From contig NC_068983.1 of assembly GCF_001194135.2 (NCBI RefSeq), forward strand, positions 80,545,335 to 80,609,334: a stretch of DNA of 64,000 bases. Direction: 5' to 3'. The DNA is from Octopus bimaculoides (taxonomy: Eukaryota). A model generated the notes under the pieces. It was not told the origin of the DNA and made no database searches. It was given only the letters and a program-made list of their open reading frames with translations. A program made the translations under genes and the position numbers. Position 1 is the stretch's first letter. Each line of letters starts with the position of its first letter. Positions 1-11,660 of the stretch are shown here, piece after piece.

Positions 1-1484
1 TGAAGCATATCTTGTTAGTTATACTAAACAATAAAATGTTTATAAATGTAGTGTATTTGAATGATTTGTAACTTAATCTAAAATTATTATTATTCTAATA
101 ATTTCTTATTGTGAGATTTTGCTCACAAATTTTGGAGATTTACTAGCATGTTATATATTCTTTGGTCTTTACTGAGTTAGAAGAATATATTATACATATC
201 AATTAACAGCTCACTTTTTCACTTCAAAAAGAACATGGGATTTTTCAGAGTTTCTCAGATTGAATGTACTAAGAATGCTTTACTCTGGAGTTTTAGGGTG
301 GAATGTTTCAAACACTTTGTCCAAATGTCCAAACATTCTAATAATTACAAATATCAATTATGATATGGCTGAATTTCACAAAATCTACAAAGATCTTAAC
401 ATTTATCAAGCTGCCTGTTTTCTGACTATTTTTCAAAAATAGATTTAAAATCCCAAATCAAAGACTACCAGATATATTATATAATAATTGGAAGCTTTAA
501 TATCCATTATTTAATCAATTTTACCAATTTTTATAGTTAATCCATTTATTTTTCTATTTCATTGATTTCTTGATTCTAAAATTCCAATTTTTCCAAATTT
601 TTATTTTATATATGTTAGAAGAGATAAACTATAGCTCTTTGTGGATGAAAATGGAATTGAAAAGAGAGAGGTGAAAGTGCATGAAATTGATTATATAGTT
701 ATTCCATTGTGTTATACCAGCTGTAGTGATTTATGAAATAGTAAACAAAAGATGATTACTGTTACAGATATGCTAGCTAGATGATGATTTTGTGATCTTA
801 TTGCAATTTTTTTTTATTATTTCATTTGCCAAACAGCTAAAGATTTGGAGAATGGATTTACTTTAGATATTTTCATTCTGTTCTTTGGAAATATTTTTTA
901 ATCAGATAAATGCAATAAAGTACTGAAGATTAAAACCTATATTTATAGATAGAAATTCAATACTCTGAATGCTTAAGACTATTGATATTCTTCTAGTTAT
1001 TCTAAGAAAAAATTCATCACAAATGGCAATGCTCATTTTGAATACTTAAAATATCACTTTTATTGTTATTGTTGCTATTGTTGTTAAAAATTTCTTGAGC
1101 TATTATGCATAACTTTTTGTTTATTTCATAATACAAAGAACATGAAATATGGTAGCTTTGAAGTTATGAAGATTATTTGGTTTTACCTCAGCTTGAATTG
1201 TTGAAAAATCATTGAAATAAAGAGATATACAATAAGAATCTGGGCCAGACGGCATCATTTAAGTTAGTAGTCAACTCAGATTCTAAAGTACTACATGGTA
1301 CTTGACAAGAAACAGCAGCTGTATTTTAATGTTGCATGCATAACATTTTAAATTTCACTTCTGGCTGTATAAACATTTTATCCCATTTTTAACTTTTTCT
1401 CTTGGTGTCAGTTATATTGCAGTGTTTATGTGTCCCATAAAGGTGAGGGTGGGCATGTGCACACGCATACACACAGAATATTTA

Positions 1485-1521
1485 TGAGTGGATTTGGTAG
1501 ATAGAAACTGAAAGAAGCCCG

Positions 1522-1611
<90 letters not shown>

Positions 1612-1837
1612 GTATGTGTGTGTGTATGTTTGTGTCCGTGTTTGTCCCCCCAGCATTGCTTGACAACCGATGCTGGTGTGTTTACGTCCCCGTAACTTAG
1701 CGGTTCAGCAAAAGAGACCGATATAATAAGTACTGGGCTTACAAAGAATAAGTCCTGGGGTCGATTTGCTCGACTAAAGGCAGTGCTCCAGCATGGCTGC
1801 AGTCAAATGACTGAAACAAATAAAAGAGTAAAAGAGT
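1485..1837 (+). mobile_element. tRNA-derived SINE, family A (bipartite, internal microsatellite), 5'-truncated copy
   Basis: TGAGTGGATTTGGTAG..AAACTGAAAGAAGCCCGTC, then (TA)n/(TG)n, then a 3' module TGCTTGACAACCGATGCTGGTGTGTTTACGTCCCCGTAACTTAGCGGTTC...CCTGGGGTCGATTTGCTCGACTAAAGG...GACTGAAACAAATAAAAGAG. It aligns by eye to the full copy at 29554-29940. Confidence 0.9.
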
Positions 1838-2170
1838 ATGTAAATTTGTGCCTCACATGCCACATGTGTTGATTGTAGTGTGTGAGGTACAAAAATAAGT
1901 CATCACAAATTTATCTGCAAATACTATGTGCTTGTTTGTTTAACTTAACTCTATGAGACACAGAAACACTTGAAAATGGCTGATATCATAAGAAAAGGCT
2001 AAAACAAGGCAAATTCCATATCATCTGCATTTAAACTTCGACTGACTGCATCAGCCTTATAAGTCAAAGAAAAATAAATTGAGTAAATCTAAAATTATTC
2101 TATTTCTATCTGTGTCTCTCTCTATATTTAAAACTATGTTTGCTTACTTGTTTGTTTTTCTCTTCTCTTA

Positions 2171-2172
<2 letters not shown>

Positions 2173-2224
<52 letters not shown>
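2173..2224. repeat. (CT)n microsatellite
   Basis: Uninterrupted CT run seen directly. Confidence 0.97.
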
Positions 2225-2228
<4 letters not shown>

Positions 2229-2761
2229 CTTTATTTGATTTAGAATGAGAAAAGTAACTCGAATATATTACTTTGAAATAACAATTAATTAACTGCTGCT
2301 CTATACTGATGGAGCATAAAAATGTAGAAACAGTCCATTTGTTGATATAGATGCAGAAGAAATATGAAATATTAAGTATATTTAAATTTAAGTGTATAAA
2401 CACACATAACATGATGAGTAATTTAAAAAAAAAACTGAAAAAAAAACATTTTGCTGTTTACTTCTCTTTCTTCCATGAAAAATGGACAACCAATCAACAA
2501 ATTGCCTTTAGCTTAAATTTTACTTCATACATGTCAAACACATTTTATCTTTTTGTGGATAAAATGAAACACTTCATGAATTGTAATATTTGTTATATTT
2601 AATGAAAAATCACAGTTTAGAAATTTAGTTGTTAATGTGTTTAACTATTTAATACAATTTCACTATTAGCCTATATTGTCAGCCTTACTATATCTCAATA
2701 ATTATAACAATGTTGCATGGTATCAATGTCAATACAATCTTAAAACTAGATTGATACAGAC

Positions 2762-3134
2762 TTATTACCTCCTCCTTAGCGAAGGCGGAGGTATTGTTTT
2801 CAGTATTGTTTCAGCTTGTTTGTTTGTTTGTCCGTGGACAAGATATCTCAAGAACTGCTGGATGGATTCGAATGAAACTTTCAGGGATGTTTGGCCTCGT
2901 GACTGGCATGAACTGATTAGATTTTAGGATCGATCGAGTACTGGACAAGGATTCTGGATTATTTTTCTGGTTATTTTACTTAGAGCAGTCAGGTTCATTT
3001 TTAGTATTCTCATTTGAGAGAGCAGTTGAGTTTAATCCAGATATTCTCATTTTAAAAATCATCTTGGCTAATCGTTGAAAGGACGTTGGTGTTGCCTTGG
3101 TAAAGGTTTACACTCTCTGAGAGCTCTTGTTCTA
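2762..3134 (+). mobile_element. Helentron-associated non-autonomous element (HINE/DINE-1-like)
   Basis: 5' hairpin ACCTCCTCCTT-AGCG-AAGGCGGAGGT (2767-2792), internal (GTTT)n microsatellite, degenerate subterminal repeat CCTTGGTAAAGGT (~3095), 3' palindrome CTCTCTGAGAG and T-rich flanks. This is the described HINE architecture. Confidence 0.7.
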
Positions 3135-5568
3135 ATATAATATTCATTAGGAACAATTTTCTGTGTAAGCCATATCGTGTGGAAACTAATATGATAAAAA
3201 TGTAACTGAATACAAACTTCTTTGATACTAGGATGATTTTATAATTAAAACTACAAACTAAATTTATATACTTTTATTATAATTTTAGTCAATTTAAAAA
3301 CTTCAAAATACTTTAACCATTTCCAAGTCCTAAATATGATGTTACCGTTATCCTCATGTCTCATTTATAAAATTATTGCAATCAGTTAAAAGCCAAATTC
3401 TTTGAAAATATTTGACTTAGATTCTCAGCTATGTTTGAACATTTATTACATTTATCTATCAAATACTCATCACCCACACTTTACAGAATTCCTATTAAGC
3501 TCTTTGTAATTTTGTATCACCACTTCAATCCAAAAGCTATATAGGGCTCTAGATTTTAATCTTATTGTAAGTAACAAAGAAATCTATGGAAAAAAATAGT
3601 TTATTAATTCTAGCACAGCCCTCAAATAATTCTTTGAAATACAGTACATATGTATTTCTGTGTCTGCTATATAAAATGTGCTTTTACATAGGAGTTTTCT
3701 GTTTCTTTATGTTATTCATATGGCTTGAGCAAACCACTTGATAATTCCTTAATTAAATTAATTTTAAAGCTATTTTAATCTACTAGCTTATCTCTGCTTT
3801 GCAACAATGTGAAAATATAGGTGGCAAATTTACTTTTCATTTGTCAATTCAAACTTTAATTTGACAGCATTCCATTATCTATAGCTTGGCAAGCACTAAA
3901 GAGACTAGAGCAGATACTAGTTTTTGAAAGTGGTTTGATACACTGGAATATCATAAACAAAAGTTATGGAAATTAATTCTGTTAGCAGTTTAGTATACAA
4001 GTGTTTATCTAGGACTTTTTTGTATTGCACTTCTCAAGGTAATCACATAGGAATTCAAAACTGAATGTTCTAAGAAGCTATTATAGGTTGATTAATGTAG
4101 AAACTTTTAATGAACTAATAAAGGTATGTCAATTGAAAAAAAAGAATAATCATGCTTCCCACTTTCTCCCCTGTAAGTATTTCAGAAATAAACTGGGCAG
4201 TGCAGAAAGCACAAAATTCCCAGACTGTTGTATTGTATTTCACCCAAAATAACGATCAGTCCCTATATGTTGGAATTTACAATATAGTTTATGGAGATGT
4301 AGACGTATAATATATGTAGAACAATATATTTATGGGTTGTACCTAGTTATTTGGCCCAACAACTTTTTGTTGTGTATATTTCCTTGTTTTAATGACTTAC
4401 ATTTCACTGTTATTTCTTTTATTTCTTTTATGTTTCAGCCTTGAGGCTGTGGCCCTGCTGGGGCAAATTAAAATTTTTTTTTATTTATTTGGAGTAGAAA
4501 CATAAAACGCATATATTTAAATTTTTAGGAAGTAATGGTAAAACTTACTATAAAAATAAAGGTCTATGACAATTTTATGCAAATTATTCAAAAGAAAAAT
4601 CATTAATTCTTTTAATTAATTAATCAAAATAAGTTCATCTAGTCATAGTTTTCCCATATTCCTCATCTTATATTTCTAGCTTTCTACAATATTTCTGTGA
4701 ATATTACAGGAAACTAGATGAATTTATTTTGATTAATTATTATAATTAATAATTTCTTAAAAAATTATTTGTCGGAAATAGTCAATATTTAGTCATGAAG
4801 TATATTGTGTAATTTATATTAAAACTTTATAATGTCTACCAAAGCATGTAATATGCTGTTTGTATTGAATTTGGAGGATAAATAGTTATTGATAGAAAAA
4901 ACAGTTGACTTCTATAGAATATATGCTAATATGTTTTCTCATTTTAATTACAAAGAATTGAATACTTTCCACTTTAATTTATATCTATAAATTGTTTTAT
5001 GATGACTTTATTGTACTCTATAGTCCATTCTGTAATATTATTAACATTTTATGCTGATATGCTTTAGAAATTATTAATTTGGTATCCATCTTGCTCTCAA
5101 ATTTCGTATTTTTTTCTTAAAACTCGGAATAAATTTTCTTTGTCTATGATCTTTTAAAAATTTGTGTGTATACTTGCTCAATCATACTTAAATGCATAGT
5201 TGCTTGTTACTGTATTATGTCAGTTTTTTTATATCTGTAGGGGTTGGATGATCATTACAAATTTAGATATTCTCAAACTAATGGAAAAAGTGATTTTTTT
5301 TCACAGCTACATATTTTATTCTCTTGTTTACCTCTCAATTATTCAGTTGTTAAGTAGAAATAGTAGATGTAGTCATGCAAGTAATAAGATTACTCACACA
5401 AATCTAACAAACATACAAGCACATGCATGTGTGCATGCACACAGACAGAGAGAGAGAGACACACACACGGAGTATGTGGTAATATTTCTTGGTTCAGTAA
5501 ATGTCAACTTCCTTCCTATTCTTTGTACTACTACTCATGTGAAAAAACTGATTTTCCTGTTTATGTAT

Positions 5569-5685
5569 ATCATCATCATCATTTAACGTCCGTTTTCCAT
5601 ACTGGCATGGGTTGGAAGGTTTGACTGAAAACTGGTAAACTGGGGAGCTACACCAGGTTCCAATCTGATTTTGCATGGTTTCTAG
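5569..5685 (-). mobile_element. Short 3'-end fragment of RTE-type retroposon with (GAT)n tail
   Basis: (CAT)n-TTAACGTCCGTTTTCCATACTGGCATGGGTTGG matches the terminus of the RTE copy at 42659-43820 and the copy at 50025-50190. A shorter piece lies at ~7202-7258. Confidence 0.8.
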
Positions 5686-6341
5686 AGTGTAGGAAGGGCA
5701 TGTGTGTAAAAATTTTTATATCTGTATGTGTATAAACACACACACACACACACTTTCAATAATAAGGCATATAAGCTCACTATAATTAGTCTTAGTGAAA
5801 TATTTGTCCCAAAGTGCTTTACAAATATTCATAAAAATGGGGTTGCAACACAAGTCAATAAAGTGAAAGAATATATAAGAAATACACAAGATCTTACCTC
5901 ATAGCAATATTTTCACAATAGAACATATCCTTTTGAGAACTATATCTCTTATCAGGTAATGTTAAAAGGTATAATGTCTCTGTAATCAGCAATCACATGG
6001 GTTGAATATAAGATTTCCCTTGGGCAGACATATGAGCTGAAAAATAGATATCCAACTAAATGAGAAACTACTGTAAAATGTTCAATATGATCGCTTCTTA
6101 GGAGCATACATACATTTGTATAAGTGTGGGGTTGTGGCATGTAAAAAGTAAAGTTCTCAAGGATAACAAACTTCATGAAAATCAAATACAATATGACAAA
6201 GGGAATAAGTAAGAACTCATTGAGTCTCTAGATTGTTTCAGTATTTTCTTTCTTGTTAATGTAGGGATCTAATAAATTGTCTCCTTATTAACAATAGACA
6301 TGAATTGTACAGTGCTGGTCAGTTACAACAATGAATATTTC

Positions 6342-6620
6342 AGTTGGCTCAATCAACAGAACAGTCCATTCATGAAATTAATGTGCAAGATGCTGAGCAC
6401 TCCACAGATGTGTAACTTCAATATAGTTCTCAGGAAGATTTGGCACGACACATTGAATGCGGCAAGGCTGGCCCATTGAATTACAGGTACAACTCATTTT
6501 TGCCAGCTGAGATGACCAGAGCAATGTGAAATAAAATGTCTTATTCAAGGATACAATGTGCCACCCGGGAAGTGAAATCATGACCTTACAATTACGAGCC
6601 AAATACACTAACTACTTAGT
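6342..6620 (-). mobile_element. tRNA-derived SINE, family B (OR-like, CORE-type), decayed
   Basis: Its reverse complement aligns to 39116-39500 (TGAGCACTCCACAGA, CAAGGCTGGCCC-TTGAATTACAGG) and to the head and core of 28908-29230. Confidence 0.8.
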
Positions 6621-6928
6621 CACATACCATCAATGCTAGTTGGACATTATTACACTGCCAATCTGATTATGTCAACCCAATTATCTCCACATATCTGTGG
6701 AGATGAGTGCTAAGCTTACTCACCATTTTATTTTCATACAAGCTTTTTAAAGGCAAAGTATTGAAATATGTAGTAAAAGTGTAAAGCTATTGTTTGTGAT
6801 TGTTTGTTTTAACTTTTGTATTTCTAATCTGCATTGTTGTGGCTTTCTAATACACATTCAACTCTTTCAACTCTAGAAAACAAAGCTTCATGCAAATTAT
6901 ACTATTTACGTATGTCTCTGTCTATCTA

Positions 6929-6979
<51 letters not shown>

Positions 6980-7490
6980 CCATATATATNNNNNNNNNNN
7001 NNNNNNNNNNNNNNNNNNNNNNNNNNNNNNNNNNNNNNNNNNNNNNNNNNNNNNNNNNNNNNNNNNNNNNNNNNNNNNNNNNNNNNNNNNNNNNNNNNNN
7101 NNNNNNNNNNNNNNNNNNNNNNNNNNNNNNNNNNNNNNNNNATACATATACATGTATATACATATATATGTATATATCTTTCTCTCACTATATATATACT
7201 TATCATCATCATCATTATCATCATTTAATGTTTGTCTTCCATGCTGGTATGGGTTGGACTATATATATATATATCTACACACATACATGCACACACACAC
7301 ACATGCACACACACTTATTCACACATACACATCCATACACACACATAACTAGTAGTAGTAGCACAACTATTTTTAGTATCAAAAGTGATTTGCTTGCATA
7401 TCAAAGAAGTACTCAACACATTAGGGAGCAGAGTTTAGTATGATATAATATGTGTATATGTACGTGTGTGTGTGTGTGTGCATGTGTGTA

Positions 7491-7522
<32 letters not shown>

Positions 7523-8124
7523 TGTGTGTGCATATGTACATGTGTGTGTACGTATAGGATTTTTGACAGAATACAATGGAACCTAGATGAGTAAAATATA
7601 ATTACTAAATATAATGTTTGTGCTGTTAAGGATAAACCAATTGTATAAGTTTAAAACAGAAATAATATCATATTTCATGAAATCCACCTAACAAAAAATT
7701 AGCTTTATTAAATTTGCTGTTTTTATTTTATGCAAATTGATTTACTGCTTAAAATGTTAGTTAAAGGTACCAAATTATTATTATTTAATTTAATTGGGAA
7801 TATTATTTATTAATATGAAAATTTTAATTGGATCTTTTAATCTATGATAAATAATTTCATATTTTAACTGCATTGTAAATATATTCCATTTTTAACTATG
7901 TAAAATGCACTGAAGGACATGTATACTCTATTCATATTCAAATAAATTTACATTATAAATTTGCATTTCCTTAACGAAAATAAAAATCTAATGAATTTAA
8001 TTCATTTAGGTTCAGATAGGAAGCTGAATTCATACTGTTAATGTAGATTTATTTTTGAAAAAGATTCTAAATGAATAAGGACATTAACCACAACAAGATG
8101 TGTGTGTGTGTGTGTGTGTGTGTG

Positions 8125-8164
<40 letters not shown>

Positions 8165-8214
8165 TGTGTGTACTTGTAATTTCTGCTGATTAAAGTAATT
8201 CAACAGACAACATT

Positions 8215-9010
8215 TAAGCTGTACCTTGAGATAAAATGAGCAGATTCTATACACTAAAAGTCTTTTTTGCAATCTGATTTGGACATAATGCAACGATGGA
8301 TTGCTGATTGGCAACTGAAGCTGGCTGTATACAAGTACATCATTATACATTTTGGAAAGAAAATCTCAGAATTTACCAATTTCTTTTTCCAACTTTAAAA
8401 CTTTAAAAGACTGTGGATGAATGTGACCTAGGTATTATTGTCAACTATGGTCAATGCTGGATAAACTCCATTTCTGAAATCATCAAAAGCCTGAGGTGTT
8501 TAATGCCACTCGGAAGGTGTTTAATACCACTTTGTTTTCTGTTGCCAGCTATCAATTTAAAGCTGTATATGGAGCTATGGTATGTCCATACCTACAGTTT
8601 GCATCTCATTCTGGAATCCACATCTTGCCCAAAATACTGATTGAGGTGATGGTGTCTAGAGATGTTCAACTAGATGAATATCCCTGTCTGTCAATTACCA
8701 CATTTTGAATGTACTGTGTCTCTGTGTATCAACACACTAAATTTTTGACATCTAATAGCTGACTTCGTAGAAGTCAATAAAATTATCTACCATCTTTTCA
8801 ATGACAACTTTAGTCACCTTTTGAATTCAATATCTCTACCACTCATAGACATGCTTATAAAATCAAAAGGCAGCACAACACCCATTCAAAACCATTTTAG
8901 AAACACATCTTTTCACACTCAGAATTTTGAAAGGACAGAATAAACTACTTGCATCAGTTGTCTGTTGTTAGGACATGACATTCTTCAGCAATTCCATACT
9001 TGAGAATGAA
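8215..9010 (+). mobile_element. CR1-clade LINE, 3' part of ORF2, frameshifted
   Basis: Translates to LQSDLDIMQRWIADWQLKLAVYKYIIIHFGKK, ECDLGIIVN and YGAMVCPYLQFAS, matching the post-RT region of CR1 ORF2 (LQxDLDxxxxW; ExDLGIIV; LYKAMVRPHLEYAS). Multiple stops and frameshifts. Confidence 0.8.
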
Positions 9011-9399
9011 ATGTAGTGCAAAGGTTAGAGTATGTTTCAAAGACATATTTCCATAAGTACAATACTCATACCTTATAAGATTCTGTCTGCTATTAGAATT
9101 TTTTGTTGGTATTTAGCTCTTAATCAGCCCTGATCAAGTAAGCCTATGGCTAGATATCTTCTAGATATCTTGATTTTTTTTTTTTTAATGAATGTATTAG
9201 TAGACTGCATTAGCTAATATATTCTTCCTTCTTTAGGAGAGTGATGTCTAATTTAAGGACACATTGGTTGCTGTTCCTAGCTGGTTGAGCAACACTATAA
9301 AAGTTGTTTCATTGACTGATCATTAGAATATGTGGAGACTAGTAACGACCTCTATCAGCAAAAATCATTTCAATAATACTGATTTCAAATTTTATCACA

Positions 9400-9590
9400 A
9401 GACCAGCAGTTTCTGGGAAGTGGGTGAGTCGATTACATTGATCCCAGTGCTTGGCTGGTACTTATTTTATAATGGCAAAGTCAACCTCGGTGGCATTTGA
9501 ATGCAGAATGTGAAAATGGATGAAATTCCACTAAACATTTTGCCCAGCATATTAACAGTTGTGCCAGCTTGCCTACTTGCCACCTTTAAC
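9400..9590 (-). mobile_element. tRNA-derived SINE, family C, copy 1
   Basis: AGTCGATTACATTGATCCCAGTG...GGCAAAGTCAACCTCGGTGGCATTTGAATGCAGAATG, homologous to the adjacent copy at 9612-9838. Confidence 0.8.
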
Positions 9591-9611
9591 CATTAACCAT
9601 TTCAATAATAT

Positions 9612-9838
9612 TCTTTTCTACTCTAGGCACAAGGCCTGGAATTTTGGGGGATGAAGCCAGTCGATTAGATTGACCCCCCCCCCCCCAGTTCACAACTGAT
9701 ACATAATTTATCGACCCCAAAAGGATGAAAGGCAAAGTCAACCTCAGCGGAATTTGATATCAGAATGTAAAGACAGATGAAATACTGCTAAACATTTCGC
9801 CTGGTGTGCTAATGTTTCTGCCATCTTGCCGCCTTAAC
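9612..9838 (-). mobile_element. tRNA-derived SINE, family C, copy 2 (near full length)
   Basis: The minus strand reads AAGGCGGCAAGATGGCAGAAACATTAGC (A-box-like)...CAAATTCCGCTGAGGTTGACTTTGCCTTTCATCCTTTTGGGGTCGATAAA...GCCTTGTGCCTAGAGTAGAAAAG. Further copies at 13760-13890 (+) and 42285-42490 (-). Confidence 0.8.
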
Positions 9839-10450
9839 CATTTGAATAATATTGAAAAATAGATAGTATTCATGTGCTATAATAAGAGAATTCTTCTGGT
9901 TATTATGTTCCATAGAGAGGTAAATTGAAGTGTTTTGAAAATAAGCCTTTAATCTATAGGAAGTCTCAGGACTCATTTGATGAAGTTTTGCAGTTAAATT
10001 CATGACTTGTTACTTAGTGGAGATGTAATCAGTAAACCATAAAAAAAGAACTTAAAAAATTCATATTTTGGATAATCAGCATTGAATGAAAAATGATTAA
10101 TATGTTTAAATAACAGCAGCTACAGTTAAACTTTTGAATAATAGAAACATTTACTGCCATCAAATCATATGTGTTTCATATTAGCTCAACAAAGATTTCT
10201 TTTCAAAATAAAGCTGATATTAATCTGATATATAAAGTAATGCATGTTTAAAATAATCTTCTGTTTACTTTGATGATGGATGCAAAACAAAATTACCACA
10301 ACTAACAATCTTCTTTGTAACTTATTTTATACAATAATTAAATCTAGCCCAAAACAAAAGATTTTGTAAATTATTTCTGTTTTAATTATTTCAACTTATT
10401 CTACTAAACAAAAAAATGTTTTTTAAATATATTTATTTTTAAACATTATC

Positions 10451-11660
10451 GGTCACACATACATAGTATTTATGTTTTGTTTATACACCAAATTTGCTGT
10501 GGGATAGCATCTGGAGAAAGCTCCCCAAACAGTGCTGAGTGTTAAAGAACACTTGAGTGTCACAAATCAGGTGAGACAACTCACCTCAGAATTTTTGAGG
10601 ATAGTAGATACTGATATTTCACCATTATTGTGGCTTCTTAATACCATGTACTCAGATTATCTTGAAAGGAAGTGAATTGCGGGTTTAGGACTAACCTACA
10701 AATAGAGTGAATTCTATTTGCTGATATTCTGCTGCACAGCACTTGAAAGAAAATGAAATTACTAATCAAAAGCAGCTCTAGTTATGTAAACATAATTGGT
10801 CATGCATACATAGAGTGTGTGTTTTGTTATACACCAAATTCTCGGTGATTCTCTCACCTAATCTGTGACATTTAGGTGTACTTTAAAACTCAGCATTGTT
10901 TGGGGAATTTCCTTGGATGATATTCTGCAGCAATTCTGGCTCATAAACAACACACACACACTATGCATGTATGACTTAAAATGTTTACATCACTAGAGCT
11001 ACTTTTTATTTGTAATTTAGTTTTCTTTCACATGTGCTATGCTGCAGCACATCAGCAAATAGACTTCACTCTATTTACATATAAGTCATAGACCAGCAAT
11101 TCACTTCATTTCAAGATGGTCTGAGTACATGGTATTGATCAGCCACAATAATGGTAAAACCATTCATGGTGATTCCAAGATGAGTTGTCTTGTCTGGTCT
11201 ATGACATTAAGATATTCTTTAACACAGCATTGTATGGGGAACTTTTCCTGGATGCTATTCCACTGCAAATCTGGCATATAAACTAAACACATACACTATG
11301 TATGTGTGACTGACATGTGATGTGTCACAGCACATCAGCAAATAGACTTCACTCTATTTGCAGTGTAGTCCTAGACCAGCAATTCACTTTGTTTTTGAGA
11401 TGATCCAAGTACATGGTATTGATAAACTACAATAATGGTAAAATATTGATATGTAACAATTCGCAGTGATTCTGAAATGAGTTGTCTTGTTTGGTCTATG
11501 ACATTCAGATCTTCTTTAACACTCAGCATTGTTTGGGGAACTTTCCCTTGATGCTAACCCATTGCAAATTTGGTACATAGACAAAACAAATGCTCTACAT
11601 ATGTGTGACTGACAACGTTTGCATTAGTAGAGCTATTTTTCATTTGTAATTCAATTTTTA
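10451..11660. repeat. Unclassified ~335-350-bp unit repeat array with mixed orientation
   Basis: The marker CAGCATTGT(T/A)TGGGGAA recurs at 10891, 11225 and 11524 on +. Its reverse complement (CTCCCCAAACAGTGCTG) is at ~10521. GCAAATAGACTTCACTCTATTT recurs at ~11055 and ~11338, and inverted at ~10698-10721. Confidence 0.9.

Noticed and set aside
634-735. Peptide-like frames such as LFVDENGIEKREVKVHEIDYIVIPL (also ~15730-15820 and ~53095-53250)
   Set aside because: Short, closed by stops, without convincing donor sites or recognisable homology; expected by chance or from ancient repeats.
4410-4465. Strong splice-acceptor-like TTTCTTTTATGTTTCAG (similar at ~40850)
   Set aside because: It is the reverse-complemented A-rich tail of SINE family A.
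5898-6036. Minus-strand exon bounded by CTATTTTTCAG| and GAG|GTAAGA
   Set aside because: Stops in all three frames over the full interval.
10696-10741. Exon-like signals (TTTTCTTTCAAG|...|GTTAGT) on the minus strand in the repeat array
   Set aside because: The splice sites are not preserved in the other units of the repeat, so most likely coincidental.
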